Below, piece by piece: positions 49,599 through 62,573 of a stretch of DNA of 64,000 nt. Below the pieces are notes generated by a model. The model saw only the letters and a list, made by a program, of their open reading frames with translations. It did not search any database and was not told the origin of the DNA. Source of the DNA: Octopus sinensis (Eukaryota); assembly GCF_006345805.1 (NCBI RefSeq), contig NC_042997.1, positions 167,586,001 to 167,650,000 on the forward strand, written 5' to 3'. Position numbers and translations under genes: made by a program. Numbering within the stretch: the first letter of the stretch is position 1; each line of letters begins with the position of its first letter.

Positions 49599-50514
49599 AT
49601 TTCCAGTGTATTGTACATGCTGCTCCAGCACATCTATCACATATGAAGCTTAATTTTTCTGACAGTCCACCTGTGATTCCACAATAGATTTTGTGTGTCC
49701 ATAGTTTACATTGAGTACAGTGTACAGAGTTTATGTTAACTCCTTTTCTACATACTGAGAATGGCTATTCTTCTAAAGAGCAAAAAAAAAAAAAAGAACA
49801 GGGTCAATTCATTTGATTAAAAATTCTTCAAGGTAGTGCTCCAGCATAGCTGCAGTCTAATGACTGAAACAAGTAAGCAATAAAAGGTATGCATAATCTT
49901 ATATCAAATCTGTTGCACAGATCATTTCTAGCAGTATTAGCAGTAACAAAATCCATGTTAGCTAGTATGTGCCTTGTCAAAAGCCACCAAAATAACCTCA
50001 TTTGTAATAGCTATCACACTACACAAGTGACTGGGTATCAAAATGAATATTGATGCTTGACGACACAGCTTAATTGAAAATGTTTCATCAAAGAATAATT
50101 AGAAATGAAAGTATTCAATAATGTGAGTCACCACTGGAAAGAAGTGTTTAATTATGAAAGTATTTATTATTCAACACTGTTCCATCTTTTTACGACTATA
50201 AAATGGAGCATAACAAATTATTTAGACCATTTTAAACTTAACATTATTTTCCCGCCTAATTCAGTTGTTCTCTCTCCACATACCTATCAGATTATGAAGC
50301 AAATGCCTCAGTGGGCATGATATAGACAGCATTCACAAAGTCAAAAGTGACCTACATTACTGTCAATATCTATTTCAATGTTTAAATGAATATGTTCTCA
50401 TTTGTATATGCGTATCCATGCATTTAATTTCTTTTTTCTAGGTGTATTGTACATCTGTGTATTATAAACAAAGATATAGTGATAAATCTGTCAGTATACA
50501 TATGTATATATCAT

Positions 50515-51065
50515 CATCATCATCGTTTAGCATCTGCTTTTCATGCTAGCATGGGTTGGACGGTTCAACTGGGATCTGGGAAGCCAGAAGGCTGCACCTG
50601 ATCTGGCAATTTTTCTACGGCTGGATGCCCTTCCTAACGCCAACCACTCCATGAGTGTAGTGGGTGCATTTTACGTGCCACCGGCACAGGTGCCAGACGA
50701 GGCTGGCAAACGGTCATGATTGGTTGGTGCTTTTCATGTGCCACCGGCACAGAGGCCAGGTGAGGCTGGCAATGGCCATGATCAGATGGTGCTTTTTATG
50801 TGCCCCCGGCATGGAGGCCAGTTGGGGCAGTGCTGGCAATGGCCACGTTCTTATGTGCCACCAGCACTGGTATCACAGCTACAATTTCCATTGATGTTGA
50901 TCGATTTTGATTTTGATTTTCACTTGCCTCAACAGGTCTTCACAAGTAGAGTTTTGTGTCCCAAGAAGGAAAGGTATGCATAAGTGGACTGGCTACATCC
51001 CAGGTAGAGGCCACAGGTTATGGTCTCACTTGTCCTGCCAGGTCTTCTCACGCACAGCATACTTC
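50515..51065 (-). mobile_element. 5'-truncated RTE copy (ORF end plus 3' UTR)
   Basis: Reverse complement of about 53715-54460, with one copy of the 98-bp unit. Confidence 0.8.
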
Positions 51066-51074
51066 CAAAGGTCA

Positions 51075-51119
<45 letters not shown>

Positions 51120-51289
51120 ATCATCATTTAATGTCCACTTTCCATGCTGGCATGAGTTGGATGGTTTGATGGGAGTTTGCTAGGCAAACGAGTGCACTAT
51201 GCTTTGCTGTCTGTTTTGGTAGGGATTTTATAGCATGATGCCCCGTCTTAGTACCAACCGCTCCATAGAGTGGACTGAGTGAGTTTTAT

Positions 51290-54200
51290 CACAACAAACC
51301 TTCAGGAAACCTACCAGCCACCTAGTCACTTACCGATCGGGCCAACATACCAGCCAAATTGACTACATCCTTGCAAGGCAAAGGGAGAGATGGCTGCTTA
51401 TAAATGCCAAAACCTTCCCAGGTGAAGAATGTACCCCACAACATAGACTGGTAGTTAGTGACTTTAGGATCAGGACTAGGAGGACAACCAGAAGACGACC
51501 AATATGGAGAAGAAGGATCTGGAAGCTTAAAGATCCTGCAAATGGACAGAGATTAGAGACATATTACTTGAAGCCTCTGACGAAGTAGAAGGGGATAGAG
51601 CATCACAGGGGGTAGAAGACAGCTGGACGTTTCTAAGGGACAACCTGCTGAGAGCCACTGACCAGATCTGTGGCTGGTGCAAAGTCCCCTCTTGACCTAG
51701 AATAACGTGGTGGTGGAACAATATTGTAGACAGGGCTATTAGAGAAAAGAGACAGGTTTGAAGGTCTGGAAAAATGGGGGTAGCAGGGAATTGTATCAGA
51801 CTGCCAAAAGAGAAGCTAAGAGACAGGTTTATTTAGCCAGAGGGGAAGCAGATAAGAAAAAATTTGCCAATGTTCTGCGCCGTGAGGACCAAAGACTGGA
51901 GGTGTTTCGCGTTGCAAGACAGTGTGTGAGAGAGAATCGTGATGTGGTAGGAGAGAAGTGTGTTCGCATGGAAGATGGTTCACTTGCGCTAAATGAGGAT
52001 GCAAAGAGAGAGGCTTGGAGATGCCACTATGAAAGTTTGCTGAATAAAGAAAATGAATGGGATAAAGAGAGTCTGCCGAATGTTGACCCAACAGAGGGAC
52101 CAGCTATCCGAGTTGATAGTTCCGTGGTAGCTAAGGCAATTAGAAGCATGAAGTCAGGAAAAGCCCCAGGCCCATCAGGAATCACTGCAGAGATGCTCAA
52201 AATGTCTGGTAGTGTCGGCTATAGCCTAGTCACCCATATAGTTAATCAGGTGATACACAAAGGAGTCATACCCAATGACTGGTGTAGCAGCATAATAGTC
52301 AACTGCTACAAAGGTAAAGGTGACGCCCTAGATACAAATAATTACAGAGGTATCAAGCTGTTGGATCAGGTGATGAAGGTTACGGAGAGGGTCATAGCCC
52401 AACTAATTAGAGAGAGAGTTAGTTTAGATGAGATGCAGTTTGGGTTTGTGCCAGGGAAAAAAGTACTACTGATGCTATATTCCTGGTAAGGCAGCTGCAG
52501 GAGAAATACCAAGCCAAAGATAAGCCCCTGTACCTGGCTTTTGTTGACATGGAGAAAGCCTTCGACAGGGTCCCCTGATCCCTTATCTGGTGGGCAATGA
52601 GGAAACTAGGGATAGATGAATGGTTAGTGAGAGCTGTGCGGGCCATGTATAGGGACGCTGCTAGTAGGGTGAGGGTTGGAAACGAGTACAGTGAAGAATT
52701 CCGGGTAGAGGTAGGGGTCCACCAAGGCTCAGTACTCAGTCCCCTCCTATTTATCATAGTCCTCCAGGCAATAACGGAGGAATTCAAGACAGGATGCCCT
52801 TGGGAGCTCCTCTATGCTGATGACCTTGCTCTAATTGCTGAGTCGCTATCAGAACTGGAGGAGAAGTTTCAGGTGTGGAAATAAGGATTAGAATCGAAGG
52901 GCCTCAGAGTCAATCTAGCTAAAACAAAAGTCGTAATCAGTAGGAAGGTAGACAAATCACAAACGCCTTCAGGTAGATGGCCCTGCTCGATCTGTAGAAA
53001 AGGTGTAGGTAGAAACTCTATAAGATGTACCCAGTGTAAGCTATGGACACATAAGAGGTGCAGCAATGTCAAAGGAAGGTTAACTAGGAAGATGGTTTTT
53101 GTATGTGGCAGATGTTCAGGAACAATAAACACTGAAAATGCTCTGAGACCACTTCCGTCACTTTCCGGGGAAAAACTAGAAATAGTGATAGTTTCCGTTA
53201 CCTAGGTGACCAAGTCAGCAGCGGGGGCGGGTGTGCTGAAAGTGTAACTGCTAGAGTAAGAATAGCTTGGGCAAAGTTCAGAGAGCTCTTACCCCTGCTG
53301 GTGACAAAAGGCCTCTCGCACAGAGTGAAAGGCAGACTGTATGATGCGTGTGTACGAACAGCCATGCTACATGGCAGTGAAACATGGGCCGTGACTGCTG
53401 AGGATATGCGTAAGCTCGCAAGAAATGAAGCCAGTATGCTCCGATGGATGTGTAATGTCAGTGTTCATAATCGACAGAGTGTAAGTACCTTGAGAGAAAA
53501 GCTGGACCTAAGAAGCATCAGTTGTGGTGTGCAAGAGAGACGATTGCGTTGGTATGGTCATGTGGCGAGAATGGATGAAGATAGTTGTGTGAAAAAGTGC
53601 CACACCCTAGCGGTTGAGGGAACCTGTGGAAGAAGCAGACCCAGGAAAACCTGGGACGAGGTGGTGAAGCACGACCGTCGAACTTTAGGTCTCACTGAGG
53701 AAATGACTAGAGACCGAGTCCTCTGGAAGTGTGCTGTGCGCGAGAAGACCCGGCAGGACAAGTGAGTCCATAACCCGTGGCCTTCTACTTGGGATGGAGC
53801 CAGCCTACGTATGCATACCTTCCCTTCTTGGGACACAATACTCTACTTGTGAAGACCTGTTGAGGCAAGTGAGGATCAGAATCGAAATCGATCAATGGAA
53901 ATTGCAGATGTGTTACCAGTGCCGGTGGCATGTCGATACTCTACTGTGAAGACCCATTGAGGCAAGTGAGGATCAGAAATGGAAATCGATCAATGGAAAT
54001 TGCAGATGTGTTACCAGTGCCGGTGGCATGTCGAAACTCTACTTGTGAAGACCCGTTGAGGCAAGTGAGGATCAGAATGGAAATCGATCAATGGAAATTG
54101 CAGATGTGTTACCAGTGCCGGTGGCATGTAAGAGAACCTTCCGTTTCGCGACCGTTGCCAGCACCGCCCCGTTTCGTGTCCGTTGCCAGCCTCGCCTGGC

Positions 54201-54463
54201 CCTTGTGCCGGTGGCACATAAAAAGCACCATCCGTTCGTGGCCGTTTGCCAGCTCTGTCTGGCACCTGTGCGGGTGGCACGTAAAAAGCACCCACTACAC
54301 TCACGGAGTGGTTGGCGTTAGGAAGGGCATCCAGCCGTAGAAACACTGCCAGATTTGACTGGGCCTGATGAAGCCTTCTGGCTTCACAGACCCCAGTAGA
54401 ACCGTCCAACCCATGCTAGCATGGAAAACGGACGCTAAACGACGATGATGATGATGATGATGA
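51290..54463 (+). mobile_element. Young 5'-truncated RTE LINE (3.2 kb)
   Basis: End of APE, RT motifs (FVDMEKAFDRVP, GVHQGSVLSPLLFII, LLYADDLAL), C4HC3 finger, thumb (RLYDACVRTAMLHGSETW), 3' UTR, (GAT)n tail; a few stops and frameshifts. Confidence 0.95.
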
Positions 54464-54477
54464 AACCATAGGTACTT

Positions 54478-54688
54478 AATATTATTATTTTATGTTTGAC
54501 ATTTGCTTTACATTTGTACAAGTTGGCGCCAAGTCTCACCCAGAGACATCAAGAGACAAGTTGGAAGTTCATGTTGGTGTTATGCCTAGGGTGCCATATA
54601 TTTGGTTTTGTACATAGTGTTGTTCTAGAGAATGTTTAAGAAAACATAAGAAAATTATGTTTGTTTTAAAACTTGAGATTACATAGAA

Positions 54689-54690
<2 letters not shown>
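54478..54690 (-). mobile_element. R4/Dong-clade 3' UTR fragment
   Basis: Homologous to about 3938-4160; ATT tracts on both sides. Confidence 0.7.
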
Positions 54691-54717
<27 letters not shown>

Positions 54718-54720
<3 letters not shown>

Positions 54721-54933
54721 GGTGGAAAGCTGACAGAATCATTAGTGCATTAGATGAAAAGCTTAGTGGCATTCCTTCTGGTTTTACATTCTGAGTTCAA
54801 ATACTACTTGGGTCGACTTTACCTTCCATCCTTCTGAGGTCAATAAAATAAATACCAGTTGAGTACTGGGGTTGATGTATTCAACTTACTCTCTTCCCTA
54901 AAACCTGCTGGCCTTGTGCCAAAATTTGAAAGC

Positions 54934-54967
<34 letters not shown>

Positions 54968-56760
54968 TATAATAATTATTGTTATTGTTATTATTATTAT
55001 TATTAAAGTAGCAAGCTGGCAGAATCATTAGCATGCTAAGCAAATTACTTAGTGGCATTCCATCCATCATTACATTCCAAGTTCAAATTCTGCTGACACC
55101 AAATTTGCCTTTTATGCTTTAGGAGTTAATATAATAAGTAGCAGTTGAGCACTGGGGTTGATGCAATCAACTGACCACCTTCCCTGAAAGTCTCGCTTTA
55201 TGCCAAAATTTGAAACCATTATTAAGATAGTGAACTGGCAGAATTATTAGCACATTGGATGCAATGCTTTGTGGCATTTCTTCTTGCTTTTTACACTGAG
55301 TTCAAATTCCACCAAGGTCAACTTTGCCTTTCATTCTTTCAGGGTCAATAAAAGAAGCACCAATTAAATACAAGAGTCAATGAAAACAACTAGCTCCCAT
55401 CCACCTAAATTTCAGGCCTTGAGCCAAAAATTGAAACATTTATCATTATTATTATTATTATTATTAAGGTGGTGAGCTGACAGAATTGCATGGATGCAAT
55501 GCTTTGCGGCATTTCTTCTCACTCTTTACATTCTGAGTTCAAATTCCGCCAAGGTCAACTTTGTCTTTCATCATTTTGGGGTCGATGCATGAAGTACCAG
55601 TTGCATACTAGGGTCAATCTAATCAACTGGTCCCCTCCTCCAAAATTTCAAGCCTTGTGTCTATAGTAGAAAAGATTATTATTAAGGCGGTGAGCTGGCA
55701 GAACTGTTAGCACACTGGATGGAATGCTTAGCGGTATTTTATCTGCTGTTACATTCTGAGTTCAAATTCTGCTAAGGTCAACTTTGCCTTTCATCCTTTC
55801 AGGGTTGATAACTTAAGTACTAGCTGAGTACTGGGGTTGTGGTAATCAACTTAACTCCCTAAGGCAGTGAGCAGACAGAATTGTTATCGTGCTGGACAAA
55901 ATGCTTAGTGGCATTTCTTCCAGTTTTATGTTCTGAGTTCAAATTGACTTTGCCTTTCATCTTTTGGGGGTCAATAAAATAAGCTGGGCACTGGGGTCAA
56001 CATTATTGTCTAGTCTCCTTCCTCTAAAATTTCAGGCTTTGTAGCAGTAGAATTATTATCATAATTATTAATAATTCCACCAAGGTTGACTTTGCCTTTC
56101 ATCCTTTCAGGGTCGATAAATGCCTTCAGTAGAAAGTATTATTATTATTAATATTATTATTCTTCTTATTATTATTATGCCGGTGGCACGTAAAAAGTAC
56201 CCACTACACTCTCGGAGTGGTTGGCATTAAGAAGGGCATCCAGCTATAGAAACTCTGCCAGATCAAGATTGGAGCCTGGTGCAGCCATCTGGTTCACTAG
56301 CCCTCAGTCAAAATCGTCCAACCCATGCTAGCATGGAAAGCAGACGTTAAACGATGATGATGATGATGATGATTAATGGTAAGTTATGACAGTGAGCTGG
56401 CAGAATTGTTAGAATGTTGGGCAAAATGTTTAGTGACAGTTTGCCCATCTTTTATGTTCTGAGTTTAAATTTCACCAAGGCCAACTTTGCCTTTCATCCT
56501 TTCAAGTTGATAAAATAAGTACCAATTGAGCACTAAGAGTAATTTAACTGACTTACAGTTCTCCTGAAATTGCTGACCTTGTGCCAAAATTTGAAACCAT
56601 TATTAATGGTTAGGTGGTGAATTAGCAGAATCATTAGAGTATTAGAAAATAAAAAAAATGCTTTGCTTTACTTCTTCTGACTCTTTACAAAGAGAGTTCA
56701 AATCTTGCTAAAGTTATCTCTGCCTTTCATCCTTCTAGGGTTGATAAAATAAAGTACCAG
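54718..56760 (+). repeat. Head-to-tail chain of SINE type H copies (8 near-full plus 1 partial), with an RTE tail at about 56178-56392
   Basis: Heads at about 54718, 55006, 55223, 55465, 55683, 55861, 56387 and 56611; partial at 56074; mostly separated by (ATT/AAT)n. Confidence 0.85.
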
Positions 56761-57819
56761 ACCTTGCATATTTCTTTTATAGAAACCACACAGCTGCAAG
56801 CATTTAGGCCAGATCTATAGAGTGTGGATAACTTCCTCTTTCCCCCAGTTTTGAAGGTTCTGATAAAGGTCAGGAATACTGCTTGTCTTCCTGACTTAGT
56901 CATGAAAAAAGATAGTCATCAAATGTCTGATTTTAAAACGTCTAAATGTCAGATGAATTGTTGATAATAAGACTATACATTTTCCAAATTATTAACCTCA
57001 TTTTTACAGTGTATATTTAAAATATCTACTTTTACAAAATGTTTCAGTTTCCAGTTGATATCAAGTATCTAATTCCAAGTTATGTACATTGTCCCAGACT
57101 GGATTTGAACTTGGAGTCTACATTTCTAAACAAAAGTTGATAATGTTGTTATTAGCTACAAGACTAATTGTTCTTGTGACAAGTAAAGAAAATATTTTTA
57201 TTAAATAATAACAAGGCTATTACATTGCAGCAAAAAGCATAAAGTATTTATTTTTGCAAAGGTCTGATATGAAAGTGGCACTGAATAACTTCTGTCACCA
57301 CATCACACTCCCTAACTTCATATGGCACACAACTCTCATTGCAAATGTCAACCCTATCACCTATTAACAGTTCCAAACTTTGCTGGTATTTATGATTTCA
57401 GAGTTAGTGAATTTATAAACAGCTCATCTCCTGCTCACTCCCTACCCCCGTCTCTCCTTAGACATGCTCTTCTCTTCCAGAGAACAAGACTTAATCATAT
57501 CTGTCGTTTATCACAAGACTTTCCCTACCCTCATAAATATATGTCATAGATAAATGCTGCAAAGTATTTTAGATGGCACAGTGGTTGTTTTATTGGCAAC
57601 TATTCATATGAAGCACGCACACATGTGCATGCATATACACACCCACATATATTCATACATATATGTACACACACACACATATCTGCTTAATATACATAAA
57701 GACAATTACATACACATGCTCTCTCTCTCATTTGGGTACACAACTAACACGAGTGATTATACATGCATGTGCGAAATTAGTGATGTGTGTGTGTTTGTGA
57801 AAGTATGTGTAATTTTCTT

Positions 57820-58383
57820 TTACTTTTTACTTGTCAGTTGACCGTGGCCATGCTGGGGCACTGCCTTTAAGGGTTTAGTCAAACAAATTAACCCCAGTAC
57901 TAACAGTCTCTTTTGTTGAATCACTAAGTCACAGGGATGTAAACCAATACTTATTTCTTTACTACCCACAAGGGGCTAAACACAGAAAGGACAAACAAGG
58001 ACAGACAAACGGATTGAGTCGAATCGACCCCGAAAGGATGAAAGGCAAAGTCGACCTCGGCGGAATTTGAACTCAGAACGTAGCGGCAGACAAAATACTG
58101 CTGAGTATTTCGCCCGGGGTGCTAACGTTTCTGCCAGCTCGCCGCCTTATGTAAACCAATACTGGTGGTCAAGCAATGGTGAGGGACAAACAGATATATA
58201 TAAACAAACATTGATATATTCATATATATGGCAGGCATCTTTTGGTTTCCATCTACCAAATCAACTCACAAGGCTTTGGTTAGCCCAGGGCTATTGTAGA
58301 AGACATTTGCGCAAGGTACCATACAGTGGGACTGAACCTGAGACAATGTGGCTGGGAAGCAAGCTTCTTACCACACAGCCATG
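57820..58383 (-). mobile_element. SINE type A with a nested type H copy (57952-58148, 15-bp TSD)
   Basis: atgtaaaccaatact duplicated at 57937-57951 and 58149-58163. Confidence 0.85.
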
Positions 58384-58470
58384 CCATTTATGTTCATGCA
58401 TGAACATGCCTTCTTATTAAACCATACACATAATTATTCACAAACGCACATACATCTTACTATTTTCATT

Positions 58471-59859
58471 CGATCTGTAGAAAAGGTGTAGGTAGAAACT
58501 CTATAAGATGCACCAAGTGTAAGCTATGGACACATAAGAGATGCAGCAATGTCAAAGGAAGGCTAACTAGGAAGATGGTTTTTGTATGTGGCAGATGCTC
58601 AGGAACAATAAACACTGAAAATGCTCTGAGACCAACTTCCGTCACTTTCCAGGGAGAAAAACTAGAAATAGTTGATAGTTTCCGTTACCTAGGTGACCAA
58701 GTCAGCAGCGGGGGTGGTGTGCTGAAAGTGTAACTGCTAGAGTAAGAATAGCTTGGGCAAAGTTCAGAGAGCTCTTACCTCTGCTGGTGACAAAAGGCCT
58801 CTCGCACAGAGTGAAAGGCAGACTGTATGATGCGTGTGTACGAACAGCCATGCTACATGGCAGTGAAACATGGGCCGTGACTGCTGAGGATATGCGTAAG
58901 CTCGCAAGAAATGAAGCCAGTATGCTCCGATGGATGTGTAATGTCAGTGTTCATAATCGACAGAGTGTAAGTACCTTGAGAGAAAAGCTGGACCTAAGAA
59001 GCATCAGTTGTGGTGTGCAAGAGAGACTTGCGTTGGTATGGTCATGTGGCGAGAATGGATGAAGATAGTTGTGTGAAAAAGTGCCACACCCTAGCGGTTG
59101 AGGGAACCTGTGGAAGAGGCAGACCCAGGAAAACCTGGACGAGGTGGTGAAGCACGACCTTCGAACTTAGGTCTCACTGAGGAAATGACTAGAGACCGAG
59201 TCCTCTGGAAGTGTGCTGTGCGCGAGAAGACCCGGCAGGACAAGTGAGTCCATAACCCGTGGCCTTCTACTTGGGATGGAGCCAGCCTACGTATGCATAC
59301 CTTCCCTTCTGGGACACAAAACTCTACTTGTGAAGACGTGTTGAGGCAAGTGAGGATCAGAATCGAAATCGATCAATGGAAATTGCGGATGTGCTACCAG
59401 TGCCGGTGGCATGTCGAAACTCTGCTTGTGAAGACCCATTGAGGCAAGTGAGGATCAGAATCGAAATCGATCAATGGAAATCGATCAATGAAATTGCAGA
59501 TGTGTTACCAGTGCCGTGGCATGTAAGAGAACTTTCCGTTTCGCGACCGTTGCCAGCACCGCCCCGTTTCGTGTTCCGTTGCCAGCCTCGCCTGGCCCTC
59601 GTGCCGGTGGCACATAAAAGCACCATCCGTTCGTGGCCGTTTGCCAGCTCTGTCTGGCACCAGTGCGGGTGGCACGTAAAAAGCACCCACTACACTCACG
59701 GAGTGGTTGGCGTTAGGAAGGGCATCCAGCCGTAGAAACACTGCCAGATTTGACTGGGCCTGATGAAGCCTTCTGGCTTCACAGACCCCAGTAGAACCGT
59801 CCAACCCATGCTAGCATGGAAAACGGACGCTAAATGATGATGATGATGATGATGATGAT
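58471..59859 (+). mobile_element. 5'-truncated RTE copy, sibling of 51290-54463
   Basis: Near-identical to 52988-54463, including shared diagnostic variants; (GAT)n tail. Confidence 0.9.
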
Positions 59860-62573
59860 TCTGTCCAAAGTTTTCCCTTTTCTAGATCTTTTCCCCATAC
59901 TGAAGAATTGTTTTTCTGCTCTTTCAGATTTCTTCTTAAACCATGATCTAGATATTATCATTTCCCAAATGATAAATGAAACAGCTGGGTTTTGATGTTT
60001 GTTTATCCCCAGATCAGCCCTAACTGAGCACATCTATGGTTAAGCAGGTTTCTGTTGTTGTCTTCTCATTCCTCCCTACCCAGACATTATCTAGGACTAA
60101 GCGCTATCCAATGTGTTCTATCTATTTAAAAAAAAGTTGTAGGATGTGATTTGGCTATTTCTGATGAGTTAAACAACTACATAGAGGTTCTTCATTGACT
60201 TTTTGTAGTTGTAACTATCATCGCTTAGACTCAGATCACTTCTTCTATCCATGATAGGAGGAGGCATGGCTGTCTGGTTAAGAATTTTACTTCCCAACCA
60301 TGGGTTTTGGGTTCAGTATAACACATTGGATGTCTCTTCTACAGCAGCCCTGGTCCAAACAAAGCCTAAAACTAAAAGAAGCTGATTGTATATATATATA
60401 TATGTGAAACTATAATAGAAATCTCTTTTAGCATATATATATATATATATATAGATACACTAAATGAGTGATATGTAATTTCTGACAAGCTTAGAATTGA
60501 ATATCGAAGTAATGTATCTTGATCAAGGAATGCTCAGTGACTGTTGACTCTTGTATAATTGGAACTTTTGTCCAAATGGTCAGTAGACTAGCACTCTAAC
60601 CTCATAGCTAGTACTACAAGTTCCAACATGAATCAGCTTCTTTGAGTTTATCTCTCTCTTCTAACTATACACCTAGGTAGGAAGTGTATTTATAACAATG
60701 AACTTCTGAGAAGTAGTGTTTATGCCTAAGTAAAATGAAATCTGGGCAAAAAAGTGGTCTGTAAATAAGGGTTGAGAAATATGTGTCTCAGAGAGGAATT
60801 AGATATGTTGTTTACACATTAAAAAGGGGCGATATGATGAGTTGGTATACAAACGTTAACCCTTCTATTACCATATTTGTGTTGAATTACACTGCCTTAT
60901 GTTTTAATTAATTTTGAAAATAATGAAAAAGTTTAACAAAATAACTTTGTCCTTATTAACATGAAATTTGGAAGGTTTTATTTTTCATCACTCTGAAACA
61001 AGAAATTTGCATCATAGAATGAAGGGCAGTCTCAGGTGGGCTGGTATCAAAAGAGTTAAAGAATATGAGGAAAAATCAGTCGATGGGTTTAACTCTGGTT
61101 TTTGGAAATATGGGGGAAAGTAAACAGTAATGGTGCATCAAGAAGTAACGGAAAATCTCAGGCAAAAACCTAGTTCAAATACTTGCAATGGAGCAAACTC
61201 TGATAAAGACACCCATGGGCCAGGTGGTAGAGTTGCATATCGTTTAACGTCCGCTTTCCATGCTAGCATGGGTTGGAATGGAATGATGAATATGGAATGA
61301 CTACTCAGAAAGAAAGAAAGAAAAAAAGGTTTGTAATAGAGACTGTTGTAACAATATGCAAATGTTAAAATTTGAAAAAAAAAAACACCCATTTCACCTA
61401 AGCACTCTCGAAAAAAAAATATAACCAGTAAAAAAAAATTAGGAAACGGTATTTTCTCATTCAGTCTGCACATTTGCAAAATATCATAGACTGGCTTTAT
61501 CTGTTTAATAACATGGTTCCCATCACATATTTACAGGCAGAATTAACAACAACAACAACAACAATAATAATAACCCAACCAAACCCACATAGGCAGCATG
61601 GAACTGGAGCAATCATTTTGATTAATGGTTGTTAATTGGATGTAGTGGAATCAGATACTTCCTGTATGTAGTGACCTTTATATTCCAACACAATAAAAAC
61701 ACAATAAAGATTTCAGTATATTAAGGAAAATATTTCTGGTTGTGTAATTTGAATTTATTTTAAAAAAGGAAAGAAAATTTTTTTTAAATATAACAAGAAG
61801 GAAAAAAGAATCTTTAATTTACAAGTAAAAAAAATAGATGTGGCAGATGATCAAAATGTTCTCTTTTCTTTTTTCCATAAATGTATAGATGTATATATAA
61901 TAGCTTTTTGGACATTTTGTTATTGGCTGGGTCAGGAGGAAAGGGGAGAAGTAAAGAAATGGTGTGAACGTGTGTGTGTGAGAGAGAGAGAAAGAGAAAT
62001 TGGATGAGCATGAATAGTGAATAAGTGAGAGGGAGGAAAAGAAGTAGAAAATAAAAGTGAACAAGAGGGAGAAAGAGAGAGTAAAAATGAAATAGTAAAT
62101 GAATATGAATACAGGCAAAAAGGTGAAAAATGTGGAGAGAGAGAGAGGGGGGAGACAGAGAGAAGGAGGGATAGAGAGAGTAAAAGAAATTATTGAAATA
62201 AAAAATAGAAAGTTTAGTGGTGATGTAAAAAACCAGAAAGGGTACTAAGCAGAATGTGAGAGGGGCGGGGTAAATATAAAGAATTTAAAAAAAAGGAAAG
62301 AGAGAGAATAAGACAGTGAGTATGTGTTACAAAAAGACAATTTTGCTCTTAAAGATTTGTTCTATAAGATGTCTAATGACTGTCTTTCATATCTCGCTAG
62401 CTTCAGTGTCAGCAAATCGACTTATTTCCAGGTGCCTACTCTTCATGACACCAAAACACCACTGCAAACGGTTGGTTACTTGTCTGCTCCCATTCATTAC
62501 GACACCAAAACACCACTGCCGGCTGTCAGTTACTTGTTTCCTGCTTACACTCCAAGGCACCGGAACATCCCTG

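Noticed and set aside
54365-54386. CTGATGA followed by the hairpin gaagcc-ttct-ggcttc in the RTE 3' UTR (also about 59760)
   Set aside because: No GAAA after the stem, and other copies read ctggtgca at this position
54718-56760. CRISPR-like or satellite periodicity
   Set aside because: Units are about 200-bp diverged SINEs with no short identical repeat/unique spacer pattern, no cas genes, and a eukaryotic context
56815-56900. Possible small minus-strand terminal exon (IPDLYQNLQNWGKEEVIHTL*)
   Set aside because: Weak acceptor and no recognisable homology
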